Source: Anthoceros angustus (lineage: Eukaryota > Plantae > Anthocerotophyta). Taken from it: 64,000 bases of DNA. The translations under genes and the position numbers were made by a program. Every line of letters begins with the position of its first letter. Positions within the stretch are counted from its first letter, which is position 1. Positions 12,944 through 25,392 of the stretch are shown in pieces. The stretch is taken from NCBI GenBank assembly GCA_010909165.1, contig MU008182.1, positions 124,001 to 188,000 on the forward strand, read 5' to 3'. Below the pieces are notes generated by a model. That model saw nothing but the letters and a program-made list of their open reading frames with translations. It was not told the DNA's origin and searched no databases.

Positions 12944-15900
12944 CTAATGGGCCTTGCCCTTAATTGCTGACGCTGGGACTTGTTGTAAACCAGCAGCAGC
13001 AAAGTGTTTGTTGTGCAAAGGCTTACCTAACGCTTTCGTGAATAGATCAGCAGTGTTGTCGCCTGTAGGAATGTAACTTACCACAACTTCGCCATTATCA
13101 GCAGCCTGTCTGATGAAGTGGTGCGTAATCTCAATGTGTTTGCCCCGGGCATGAAACACCGGATTCTTTGACAAGGCAATGGCCGACTGGTTATCGCACC
13201 AGAGTTGTGTTGGTCCTGGGGCAAGTTGCTACAATCCTCTCAAAAATGTCTTGACCCAAATGACCTCCTGTCCGTGATAAAGCGATTCAGCCTCTTGAAG
13301 AAAGGCAGATTGTGGTTAACTTTTTGCTGCTCCAGGAAATCGCTGAACCACCAAGGAGATTACAATACGCAGCTATGCTCCTTCTGCTATCGGGATCACC
13401 AGCCCAATCGGCATCACAGAAAGAAACTAGCTGCAAACCCTTAGACTGTTTCCTATAACAAAGTCCATATCTTGGGGTCCCCTTCAAATATCGAAATATT
13501 CGCTTGACAGCAGTCCAATGCGCCTCACCAGGATTCTCCAGAAACTGAGATACACAACTTACACAACGCGAGATATCAAGTCGAGTCCAGGCTGCTAAAT
13601 AAATTAAGCTGCCCACAGCCTGCCGCTGAAGGCACCTTAAACATCTTGTTTCTCTTCATCGGTAACTGGGCATTGTTCCTTGGAAAGTTTATCTCCAGAC
13701 GACATAGAGTTGAGACTGGTCTGCACTCCTCCATATTAAACTTCCTCAGCAATTGCTCCACGAAATGTTCCTGGTGTATGTATATAGTATGGCCAGAGTC
13801 TTCAAACTGGAATTGTACACCAAGGGAAAAGAGAAAGTTGTCCTAGATCTGTCATCTCAAAACGAGCAAGAAGCACCTTCTTAATCCTCTCAAAGAAAAG
13901 CGATGCTGTACAGAAATTATCATCAACGAAATGTAAATGATAATGAAGTCATCCGATCCCATAAAATATAAACGCTTGTATCACTAAACATGTAAATCCA
14001 AGTTCTATAAGAAGTGCATGGAAGGTTTCATTCCATGCTCGGGAAGATTGTTTAAGACCATACAAAGTCTTCAACAACTTGCACACCTTTTAGGATCCAT
14101 CACGTAACCCTCGTGAGCCATGTATATTTCCTCCTCTAAGGAACCATGCAAGAAGGTCATTTTAACGCTGTGGTGGACTAGTAAGCCATCTTGGGCAGCA
14201 AGAGCAAGCAAAATCCTGATAGAGGTACCCTTAACTACGGGAGCAAATGTTTCGTTAAAGTCAAGTCCTTCTACTTGGCTATAACCCTTAGCCACTAAGC
14301 AGGCCTTGTACCTAGCATCATCAAGATTCACTTCTTCTTAAAACCCACTTACAAGCTGTGTTTCCCGCCACAGGGTAAGTCAACTAAGGACCAGGTTTGA
14401 TTTTCAATAAGGGAGTTGTACTCGGATTCAATAGCTGCCTTCCAGTGTTCGGCCTCTGGCTCACCTAAAGATGATGAAGGTGGAAAGAAGGGTTGATGAG
14501 GTTTAGGAACATGGCGAGACAGACCAGCAACATAGGGACCAAACCATTCACTCATAGGACGTCTAATCCTAGTAGATCGTCTAAGGGCAGGCCTCCTCGG
14601 CTGTGTTCGGTGGAAGTGGATTAGTGCCTCGTTCAAGAGGAATATCAATGGCGATTGAACATCATCGGTTCTCGCACTAATCGGAGTGACAAAGCATCGC
14701 AAGATCGCATCAACATGAAGAGGAGAAGACTCATATGGTAAAACAGTAGGTGTTGTAGGTTGAGCAGGTGGTGATGTTTGAACAGGTGTTGAGGGTCTGA
14801 ATGAGGTGGTGAACCGCCTCGCAAGATGGAAGATCTGCTATTGACATATCAAAGACAGAGATATTTGTTTCGTCAACTATGTCAGAGGAATCATCTACAC
14901 CATGAATGCTGGAAACTGGAGAAGTAGCTTCAAGAAGAAGAATAGCTTGATGGCGATGCAGTAAAGCATCTTCATGAAACACCACACTACGTGAAAAAGT
15001 AAGAGTACGAGTGTGTGGATCAAAAAGCTTATATCCTTTCACATCATCCGAATAGCCAACGAAAATGCATCTCACAGCTTTGGGGTCAAGCTTGGACCAC
15101 AAGGCTGATGGGATCAAGGCATATGCAGGAGCCCCAAATATCCGCAAGTGTGAGATCCTTGGTTTCTTACCAGTTCAGCGTTCATAGGGAGTCACCAAAC
15201 CTAACTCTTTGGTAGGAAGTCGGTTCTGAACATAATTCGCTGCAGAAAGGGCCTCTGCCCAATATCCTCTCGTAAGGCCAGCAAAGGACATACTTGAAAG
15301 AGTCGCCTCTTGTAATGTCCTGTTCTTCCGCAAGACCATTACGGCTTTGGTGTATAAGGGACGATTAAGCGATGTTGTACTCCTCCGTACGTATGCTTAA
15401 AAGCATCGAGATATTCTCCACCGTTATCTGTCCGCAAGATTCGTATCTTCTGTCCGGTTTGGCGTTGAGCAAGCACTAGATATTGCTGAAAGACGGAAAG
15501 GGCCTCACTCTTATGATGTAAGATGACAAACAAGACCGCCCACTGCCTCATGAAGGTGATGAAATAAGAAGCACCTCCAAAAGAAGGCGTTGACATAGGC
15601 CCACAAATGTCGCTATGGACGGTGTGGAGCAGAGAGGAGGCCTTGGACAGATCCTTGTCTTTAAAAGGCTGGGATATCGCCTTGCTTGTCTGGCAAGCGT
15701 CACAGAAGGCATGTTCATCAAAAGTAAAGGTGAGGGGATCTCTAAAGACTCCAGTACATACTAGAGAAGACAGCTTCCTAAAATTCACATGGCCTAACCT
15801 ACAGTGCCAAAGCTGTGTAGTGGAAAGATGAGGATCTCCCACCAAATATGCAGAAGGGCTTGGCACATGACTGCGAACATCTAGGAGGTAAAGGTCGTTA

Positions 15901-17938
15901 TACGGAATACCGGAGAAAAGTTCATGCCAGTCTGATAATGTGGAGACTGAACAACCACTATGATCAAAACAGACACGACATGAATGTTCCTGTGATAACT
16001 TAAGAACAGACATCAGATTCTTGGTCATTGATGGCACAAAAAGGACATCAGACAAGGTGAGAAAAGAGGTATCTGGTAACTGTATGATGACTGAACCTGT
16101 CCCCTTTATCGCTAGACCACTGTCATCACCTAACAAGACAAATTGTTTGTCGTCAGTAGAAGGTATGAAAGAAGAAAAGGCTGTCTTATCTAGGCAAATA
16201 TGACTTGTTGCACCAGAATCCAGAAACCACATATCTGTCTGTATCTTGATTGAGGAGAGACAGGTGGCCAAAATTGTAGGTGGTTTGGAAGTCGAAGATG
16301 CCCTTGTAGACGTCAAATGTGACTCTGACTGTTGAGGTTCCTTCTTGGGCTCGCCAGCCTTTTTCTTCCTGCAATCTCTCTCATAATGACCAAGAATCTT
16401 GCACCAATTGCAAGTGAAGGTCTTACGCTGGAGATTAGGCTGTCTAGCTGTGGTTGGCGAGCCTCTACCACGACCACCTCTGCCACGCCATGATCCTCTG
16501 CCCCTTCCAGCAAAGAGTACTTTACTGGAACTAGGATTCTGCCCCTTAGATTTATTCAAGCCTCTTGTGCACTCTTCACCAAGCAATGCCCCAAACACGT
16601 CTTCCAGTAATATACTGAGAGCACGTCCTCCAGCTAGCTGCTGGGCTGCATCAATCTTAGCATGTTGAGCGCTAATAAAATAAGCATAACTATCCGGCAG
16701 TGATGCCAGGAAGGCAGTAATTGCTTGAGCTTCTGTTAAGACAGTCCCACAATATGCAAGGTCGGCTCATGCAGTCCTGAACTTGTTTATATAGGACTCC
16801 ACAGACTTTCCATCTTTCATCCGCAGATGAAATATGCCGCGGAAAGAATGAACCCAAGAGGCAGAGCTCTTGTCCTTGTAGATAGTCATAAAGGTTCTCC
16901 ACACATCTGCAGAGGTCACGGCATTTATAGTGTGAGGCATCATAGTCCTATCCAAAGAAGCAATGATTATAGAACGTGCACACCTGTCCCTTCGCTTCCA
17001 AGCTAGAACCATCGACAACTCCCATCAACTCATTCTCCTCCAGAATTTGAATGATCCTCGTAGACCATACAGTATACTCTGTGTCGTTGAAACGATCACG
17101 ATCCTTGAAATCAATCTTCAAGGTGCCAGGAACAGGTGCAGATGCCAAAGCCATAACAGGAGGATTTACTGTTGGGTTCGGAATAGGGTTGCCAATTCCT
17201 GGTCCAGGAGCAACTCCTGCTTGCTGTTGGTTCGAAGATGAAGAGGCTGCACCACTCTGTTGTCCTAAACGTGGACTGCCAAACAGCCTTGATGATGTTG
17301 TACCAAGAGTTCCTGCTAGACGCGCACCATACAGAAATCCAGAAGCATTAGTAGAAAAAGGGTCACCTTCTACACTACCAAAAATGCCTGAGTAACCAGG
17401 AAAATTCGGTAATCGTGGTTGATGGGACCCTTGATCCTGCCGCCCTTCAAGAGAAGATGGTTCCTGAAGGCCTTCTACATCGATGCTGACTCCGTTTGAT
17501 TCTCCTTGTGGAAACTCACGGGTCGGAGTGACTATTCCAGCAGCGTTGAGGTCTAAATCATCATCATCATCAGGCACGGCTTGCATCCCTGCAGACTCTG
17601 TCTTAGATGCAGCAGCGCGAGGTTGAAGGTGAAGATGACGCCTTTCTCATCCGTCCTGACTCGAGCGCTTTGTGGATGACACAAGTCTGATGAAGCTGTT
17701 GGATCATCCCACTGAGGCTGTCAAACAGATCCTGGAGGCGATTCACCTTGGTGTGCAACTCTTCGAAGTTCACGCGCGCGATGTGAGGGGTGATCTTGCC
17801 GCCGCGCCGAGGATTGTTGAGAGGTTTGCACGGAACGCAGGAAATGCTTTCAATGCGCCTCCGCTGGGCGGTGCGAAGCAGTGAGGCAGATTTGAGCTTC
17901 GCTACGGCAGGGTAAACTCGAACGTAAAAGTTTGTCAC
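12944..17938 (-). mobile_element. Ty1/copia retrotransposon #2, degenerate gag-pol without a recognisable 3' LTR
   Basis: gag (DRFNDTEYTVW), knuckle CNWCKILGHYERDC, protease WFLDSGATSH, integrase [47 protein letters not shown], RNase H CDADWAGDPDSRRS and HARGKHIEITHHFIR. Confidence 0.95.
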
Positions 17939-18624
17939 TTAAAGTCCCAGGGAAGGGTGCTAGGGTACAGTAGGTAGGAAGGTTGTCAAGACTAACATGA
18001 AGGGGCGTTATAGGTAGGTCCAGAGGACATAAGCATCCGATCCATCTGGGATGCGAGCCGGGTAATAGGTAGGAAGTCCTATAGGACTACCGTAGGGGGT
18101 CTGAACTTAGAAGTTTGAGGGCTCTGGTAGGAAGTTTGGCACTTAGCTGAAAAAGGTTTAGCACTCGATGGAAATTAGACAGAACCTGCTGGAAAAAAAC
18201 CAAGTAAGGAGTCATTTATACCAGTAGAAAGTCCTTGGTTATCGGTAAGATAGATTTACATAGACAAAATGTCCTTGAACTTTGGGGAACCTGAGTACTG
18301 TTGGTCCTCGACCCCAAAAAAGGGGGGGTTTAAAAGTAGGCGAGACAACTATCTCGAAAGTCGAGGAAGGAAACTTCCTTGGCCCTCGGTATTAGGGATT
18401 ATGCATGCAGGCTATATATGCATAATTGGAAGGTCTAGATATGGCAAATCAAGTTTGAATACAGAAACAGTTGATGAGGCCACGTGGTGCGCATCGCGGC
18501 GGAGCGCAACTGAAGTAATCCGGGTTGGGTTTTGCATGTACTTGCGAAAGCTTGGGTTAGCCAGGGGCTGGGAAGTAACAGAGCAATATTGGCGGCCACG
18601 AGCGTAATCTCCTCCTACTTCCTT

Positions 18625-19076
18625 GCCCCATGTGGAGGAGACAAGAAAGTGATGCACAATTTGTGCATCATAAAATTATAGTGTTAAGTGTAATTGAAAA
18701 GTTGCCTCCAAATGCAAATTCCATGCAACAAATTTAGAAATGCGCAAAAGAATTCATGCCTAAGAAGGAAGCAAGCAATGTGCTCAAGCATCTAGAGCCG
18801 AAGCTCTAATACCATGATGAGAATCATGCATTAAACACACTTGCAAAGAGCCTTGTAGGATTGCATTGATAATAGAAAATATAAGAGTGTAGTAGAGAGA
18901 AGAGGTAGTTACAACTATAAGTTGTTGTAACCACCATAAGTTGTTATAGCAAATATAACAACTAACTACCTAACAACTAACCGCCTAGGGAAACTACTTA
19001 TTGCCCTAAGATGGAAATTGTATATTAAGTCTAGGGTGCCCTGCTGAATAGTGCCCTAAACTAAAGGTATTTTATC
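18625..19076 (-). mobile_element. Truncated relative of copia #1: leader, PBS (18803-18814) and LTR (18815-~19076)
   Basis: gctctaatacca followed by tgatgagaatca as at 10704-10727. Shared gttgt...taaccacc, acaactaactacc and gtgccctaaacta motifs. Confidence 0.85.
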
Positions 19077-19814
19077 GCTATTGCCCTGGACTACAAGAGA
19101 AGCTGAGTAGCTAAGCTCTCCACAGCTCTCTCTCAATACAAAGGCTTGCAGCGCACACTTGCCTACTCTCTCATGATTGTCTTCAAACCCCTTCTCTCGC
19201 CCAAACATCTTTTTAATATGGCAGCTACGAATTAATTTTTTTATCTCTTTTAACTTTTCACCTTTCTATGTTATTCAATCAATACCGTTACTATAATCCC
19301 TATCATAATAGCACTTAGTAATAAAAAATAATTAATAAAAAATCAATTAATTGATCTAAACGTGATGAGTTGTATGGGTAAGACGTGACACGGCATCCAG
19401 GTTTGAGCAATTGCGATGTCCTAGCAAGAAACTGCCATGTAAACCTTTGGTGGTCGTTCCCGGCAAGGGGGCCCTAAACCGAGCTTTGGAGGATGGGGAC
19501 CAGCGGTGGACTTGCAGCGCAGGACTTGCAGGCAAACCTCACCGGCATAGGTCTAGGTAGAGATCACACGACGTGTGAAGGGATTGGGTACGGACGAAGC
19601 ATCACAGAGACAGTTTTCGCAGAAGTACATGGTGCCGCATCCGATCGCCCGCACCCTATTTGCTGTGGCGCTACGACATACATCTAGTTGGTCTTACTGC
19701 GCTCGATGTTGGGGGGAGGGGGAGAGGGGACAAAGATTTTAAGGGAAGAATTGGTTGATAACTGCTGAAGTGTAGTGTATTTTTTGATCTGGTCTGAGAG
19801 TTGCCGTGTCCAAT

Positions 19815-22800
19815 ATGCGAGCTGGCGCGGCGGCTCTGCAGCACACTCTGACACTGCAGGCAGCAGTGGTGCTGAAAAATGCAGTGGCGGACGCCAGGAG
19901 AAGAGGACACCCTCAGGTACAGCCGCTTCATGTCGCTGCCATGCTTTTGGCCTTTCCTGGAAGCCCCCTTCGTCAGGCCTGTATGCAGTCCCACCCCTAT
20001 ACAGCATCGCATCCTCTTCATTGCCGGGCTCTTGAGCTATGTTTTAATGTAGCCTTAGAGCGTTTGCCGACTTCACTGCCAACGACCTCGGGGATGCAGT
20101 CCCCCGGGTTGAGTAACGCTCTTGTTGCAGCTCTAAGGAGAGCGCAAGCTCAGCAGCGCCGTGGCTGCCCGGAGCAGCAGCAACAACCGCTTCTTGCTGT
20201 GAAGGTTGAAATGGAGCATTTAGTCATATCTATTCTGGATGATCCCAGTGTTAGTAGAGTCATGAGGGAGGCTGGGTTCAACAGTACGCACGTCAAGTGC
20301 AACATGGAGGAAGCAGCTGTCTGTACCACCCCTCAGGCTTCTGCGTCGTCCCACATTGCCGATCCTAGCAACATTGGGCTTAGCTGTGCAGGGTCTCAGG
20401 CGTACGGTGGTTCGAATTTGCAGCTTGCTAGGTTTGGGAGCAAAGGCTCTTTGAGTCCAATGGCAGGTATTGGAGGTTTTGGGGAGTCTTTTCGTAGGGT
20501 TGAGCTTGGCCTCACTCAGGATACTGGTGACGGCTCCCGCAAGACCTCAAAGCCTGGCAAATTTTCTGCTGGGTTGCCATCCGGGTTGTCCTGTGAGGAG
20601 GATGTTCGTCACGTCATACAGATACTCTTGAAGCAGAAAAGGCGGAACCCAATCTTGGTTGGTGATACTGTACTCACTTTGAACCTTGTGGTTCAGGAAC
20701 TTGCCCAGCGTATGGAGACTGGCAATGTGCCTACTCAGTTGCAGGGCGTGCAGTTTCTCTCCCCAAAGTTCACTTCGTTGGCTTCAGGCATGTACAGCAG
20801 AGAAGACATGGACAGAAGATTGGGAGAGCTTCGCAAGCTTGTGGACAAGTGCATGCCTGCTGGTGCCATTCTCTACCTAGGAGACTTGCAGTGGTTGGTA
20901 GAGCCTATGGTGGAAGGATTCATGGCCTTCTGTCCAATGGAGCATGCTGCTGTAGAACTTGGACGCCTACTTTTGCTCTATGGCAGTCACCGAGTTTGGG
21001 TGATTGGAACTGCCTCTAGTCGAACTTACATGCGGTTCCAGTCTCGGCATTCCTTGCTTGAAAGCCAGTGGGAATTGCAACCCGTATCATTCGGTGCTGG
21101 CATTGTTCTCCCTTCAGAGACTAGGTACGTGCAGTCGCAACTGCGGGAGCTGTCTGTACCACTACTTTGTGCCTGCCGGACTATGGATCTGGTCAGAACT
21201 AGTAGAGCTGCTTTGTTGCTTAAAACTTTCTCTCACCTTGTCCAACCTGTTCACAATGCTTCCTCAGTTTAGGGTTTAGGGTTTGGATGTGACTTTCAAC
21301 CTTTTAAGTAGATTTTCCTGGAGGTCTAGTGACCGCTGTGTATTGTGCTTGATGTGCTGAGACATCTGTCATTCTGCAGAATCAACATTGGCAGGAGCGG
21401 TTCTTCTTTGCAGAGTTTGCATTGGCATCATGCCTCACAGCAGGAGAAAGCCTCGGTCTGGCCATCATTGGAAGAGGAAATCAACAGCTGGAGTTGTTGC
21501 TCCGAGTGCATGTTGAATTGTGAGCGGGAGCATGTGTTGCTGCAGGAGCAGGAGAAGGCAAAGCAACAGTTAGAGTCGACACAATCATGTTCATCATCAT
21601 TGCATGGAGATGCAAATGAGACGTCTCATAGTCTAGTTCAAGCTGTCAGCTCCCAGCAAGAGAAGCACATACATGCCATGCACTTCAAAGCCAGTCAGGT
21701 AGTTTGTTCTGAACACAATGATGGATTTCTGCTTTCTTGCATCTAGCAACGGAAATGGAGCTGATTTTGTTTTAATATGAATCTATGCCTCTTCTTGTCA
21801 ACTGATGCTGGTTCAATATCCAGGATAGTAAAGATGCAGACTTGATTCCGGAGCTGCAGAAGAAATGGCAAGAGACTTGTCATAAGCTACACTGTCATAA
21901 ACAAGCCCCTCAGGTGTCGTGGGAAGCCCCACTGGAGCCCTCATCATCATCTAGTCCTACATCTGCTGATGTAAGAAGACGACATAGCCGGTTCCAAATC
22001 CCGCAAAACTGCAGTTGTCAGCCTGCTGCAGTTCATGGGACAAGACCACCGGATATTGTCAAGGGCTCAAGTCTAGCAGCTGGTTGGCTAAGTCCTCGGT
22101 TGGTCTCAAATTCTTGGTCCAAATCACCATCGTGGCTGTCAAATACTCTGCAAGGGGTCCATTGTGGACAAATCAATAAATGGCCAGGTATGCAGTGCAG
22201 CAATAATATAGGCGAAGACATTTTGTCCTTGGAATGTAGCAGCCGGCAGATTATATGTGGCAGTCTATCATGTCGGGGGGAAGATGGGGAAAGTAATAAA
22301 ACTACCAGGCATAAAGCTGTCGAGACGGAATTAGCTTTGAGAACACCATATGTAGAGGCTCTCCCACAACTCACTTTGGGGGGAGATACTCATGTTTCCT
22401 GCAGAATCAGCAGGACTCAGCCTTCCACCCAGTGTGAGCAGGTGCAAGATTTTGACAGCTGTTCTTCATCTGTTCAGAATCCTGGCCAGCACAGTGTGCC
22501 CTGTTTATTACCCCAAGAAGCAAAAAGCAAAGATGTGGAACAGAAAGTCCCTTTCAATCCTGTCAAATCTTTCCAGATGCCAACTGCAGGTGTAGTGCAG
22601 CCACCACACCGTAGAGAAGGACTTCCTGGAGTGTCCAAGCAGTCTGATGCTGAGGCCTCTAGCCTCTGTAAAGGGCTCATAAGCAGGGTGCCCTGGCAGG
22701 CCGAGCCAATCAAGGTGATAGCAAACACGGTGTCACAGTGTAGGTCATGCATGGGCAGGCGTTGTGGACCTAGTATAAGAAGTGATACGTGGCTGCTGCT

Positions 22801-23953
22801 TTTGGGGCCAGACAAAGTGGGAAAGCGGGAAGTTGCAAGGGGACTTGCAGAGCTTGTATTTGGAGATGAGAAGAAGCTTGTTGTTCTAGGCTGTCAGCCC
22901 TCGAAGTGGGGCCCGAATACTGAGGGTCCTGATGAGAGTGGAATCTTGCACAGGGGCAAAACCTCGTTGGACAGGTTAGTAGATGCTGTGCGGCAGAGAC
23001 CATTTTCAGTGTTGCTCCTAGAAGATGTTGAACGAGCTGACTCTCTTATGAGGAACAGTTTGGTCAGGGCCATGGAAAGGGGGAGGCTGGCTGATTCACA
23101 TGGTCGAGAGGCAAGCTTTGCAAATGTTATAGTTGTCATGACTGCAAATGTGGGATCAGAGTTTGTGATTTCCCTTGATCTTGGGAGGACCTCAAATCTT
23201 AAGGAAAGTAAGCTTGGCCGAGGATCAGGGATGAAATTGTGTATTGGCGAATCTGAATGTTGTGATCCTGTGCTGAAAGATGATGAAGGAGTAACCTTGA
23301 TTGGTCAGGATCGAAGTGGTCACACGTCTGGATCTTTAATGTGCAAGGCAAAATTTCCTCCCACGTTGTGTAAGAGAAAGGGCTTTGACAGCCAGACGGC
23401 TGCATGGAGTACTTACAAACGGACCAAGACCCATGATGCAGGGCGACCAACAGCGTTTGACCTGAATCTCTCAGCTGAGGAAAATGACATTGAAGTTTCA
23501 ACGACAACTAGCTGGTCAAAAGATGGGCCGCACAGGTTGGAGCAACAGGTTATTGATAAAGTACTTGGGTGTGCCCGTAGAGTTCTCTCTACCAATTTCT
23601 GCGCTGGAGTGGATGAAACCGTGATCTTCTCTCCCGCTGGGTTGCACAACTTCTTTGGCAGCGTCCTTGAGAAGCTGGAATGCATCTCACACAGGGTTGC
23701 CGATTTGGGGGCTTCGTTTGAGGTTGAAGTTGGTGTGCTGGAGCAGATGGTGGTGGCCAGCTGGCAAACGCCCGGTGGGGATGAGGCTTTCAGTTCCTGG
23801 ATTGTAGAAGTGCTGAATAAAAGCTTGGAAACATTGGTGTTGACACATCGTGATGTGTCTGGAAAGGCAGTAAAGCTGCTACGTGGGGATTGTAGTCCAT
23901 ATGTGGACGCACGTCCCCTACCTAGTGCGATTGAGGTCGTGCACGATCTCTAA
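19815..23953 (+). CDS. SMXL: SMAX1-like (SMXL) atypical Clp-ATPase repressor of KAI2/D14-MAX2 signalling; exons 19815-21124, 21380-21698, 21824-23953 (1252 aa)
   Basis: MRAGAAALQHTLT...ARRRGHPQVQPLHVAA double Clp-N, HPLHCRALELCFNVALERLP, KRRNPILVGD, CCSEC, LQKKWQETC..LH, GPDKVGKR, RGKT (22952-22963) and EAR FDLNL (23456-23470). GT-AG introns with matching phases and no frameshift. Confidence 0.95.
21268..21281. promoter_or_regulatory. (TTTAGGG)2 telo-box-type motif in SMXL intron 1
   Basis: tttagggtttaggg is seen directly; its function is not shown. Confidence 0.4.
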
Positions 23954-24554
23954 GCATGGTATCGATGATTGGCTTAGAGAAACAGAACGCTCATGTGTGC
24001 AATCAGCTTATGATTATTTGGGCCTGAGTATATTGGCGACAAGTCTTTGGGCTCCTGCGACCTTCTGATCCTCCTCCTAGCGTATCTGGTAGTGGATATA
24101 CTTTTGCCCTGTGCGTTGTGTGTTACTAACTCTGTTTAGAAAGTATTAGACGGTTATTCCAATATTGAACCTGATCACCTATTTTTATGTCACATAGGTA
24201 TGGTACCGGAGGAGTGTTTAGCATACCAGCTTATATGGCCTTTCATTTACTAGCATCCTCCTGTCTTGTATTATAGTATTGTGGTTGTGTATATGTAAGT
24301 ATTAGTATTATAATTATGAGTTCGAACATCTTTGCTAAATTTGAAAGTCAGATAAGATAGAATTATTAAAGTCATGTTAATAGCTTTACAATGATTGAAT
24401 AATAAAAATGCTTGTAATGGAATAGGTAGTCGGTAGATTGACTTGAATCCGTTGCATATTGTAGGTTAAGATGTTTTAGTTTTTATTTTAAATCACCTTC
24501 TTCTGCGGATGATCTTATTCGAGGGAGCTTAGTGCACCTATATGGGGGGACGAC

Positions 24555-24715
24555 AACAAATAGTTCATCTTGGACAACAAAGCAAACAGCCCATTTTGGG
24601 CAATAGTTCATCTTGGGCAACGAAGCAAACAGCCCATCTTGGGCAGCAAAGCAAACTGTTGTGAATCTTCAGCAGCAAAGCAAATAGCCCGTGAATCTTG
24701 AGCAGCAAAGCAACC
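24555..24715. repeat. Degenerate short tandem repeat (gcaaagcaaacagccc...atcttg)
   Basis: About six imperfect units. Confidence 0.7.
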
Positions 24716-24780
24716 CCCTACGGCCCTTTGTAACCTTGGAACAATGGCAAAGTTGGGTGAGTTGCAAGCATGGAATTTAC

Positions 24781-25040
24781 GACCATTAGTGGTGTGGATT
24801 CCAAAGCCTGAAGCACCATGGTCTCTATTAGTGGCGTGAATTCTAAAGCCTGAAGCACCATGGTCTCCATTCGTGGCGTGGATTCTAAAGCCTGAAGCAC
24901 CATGGTCTCCATTCGTGGCGTGGATTCCAAAGCCTGAAGCACCATGGTCTCCATTAGTGGCGTGGATTCCAAAGCCTGAACACCATGGTCTCCATTAGTG
25001 GCGTGGATTCCAAAGCCTAAAGCACCATGGTCTCCATGGT
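24781..25040. repeat. 42-bp minisatellite, ~6 copies
   Basis: Unit gcaccatggtctccatt(a/c)gtggcgtggattccaaagcctgaa. Confidence 0.95.
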
Positions 25041-25392
25041 CTTCCGACGCAAGGCCTCCTTTAAAAGTGCCTCATGTCCAAGCCTTAATTGCTGAGCAAA
25101 CCTAGCAATGAGGGCCGCCCATGCCAACCTTTTGGCCGAGCTGTGAAAAGCCAGGCGTGCATCCTCCAATTGAAGGTAGAAGGCCAGAGGATGGGGAGGT
25201 GGAGGGATTCATGTTCAATTTTTGATGTACTCTCACTACTAGAAAAGGGAGGGTATGTTATGCCCTCTCATTATTCTCCATAGTAAAACTCTTCAATAAC
25301 AACGTTTTGTATTAGAGTGGAGGGGCAGGGTAGTAATTACTACAATGCATGGGGTAAAATAACGTTGAAATAATAACGTGAACCCTCTGCGT

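Noticed and set aside
18212-18625. 5' LTR and PBS (catttatacca) of copia #2
   Set aside because: No partner LTR in the window and the PBS departs from tRNA-iMet after TGGTAT. Plausible but unsupported.
19815-23953. ClpB/HSP101 chaperone
   Set aside because: Walker motifs are degenerate, and SMXL-specific motifs (MRAG start, RGKT, DLNL) are present.
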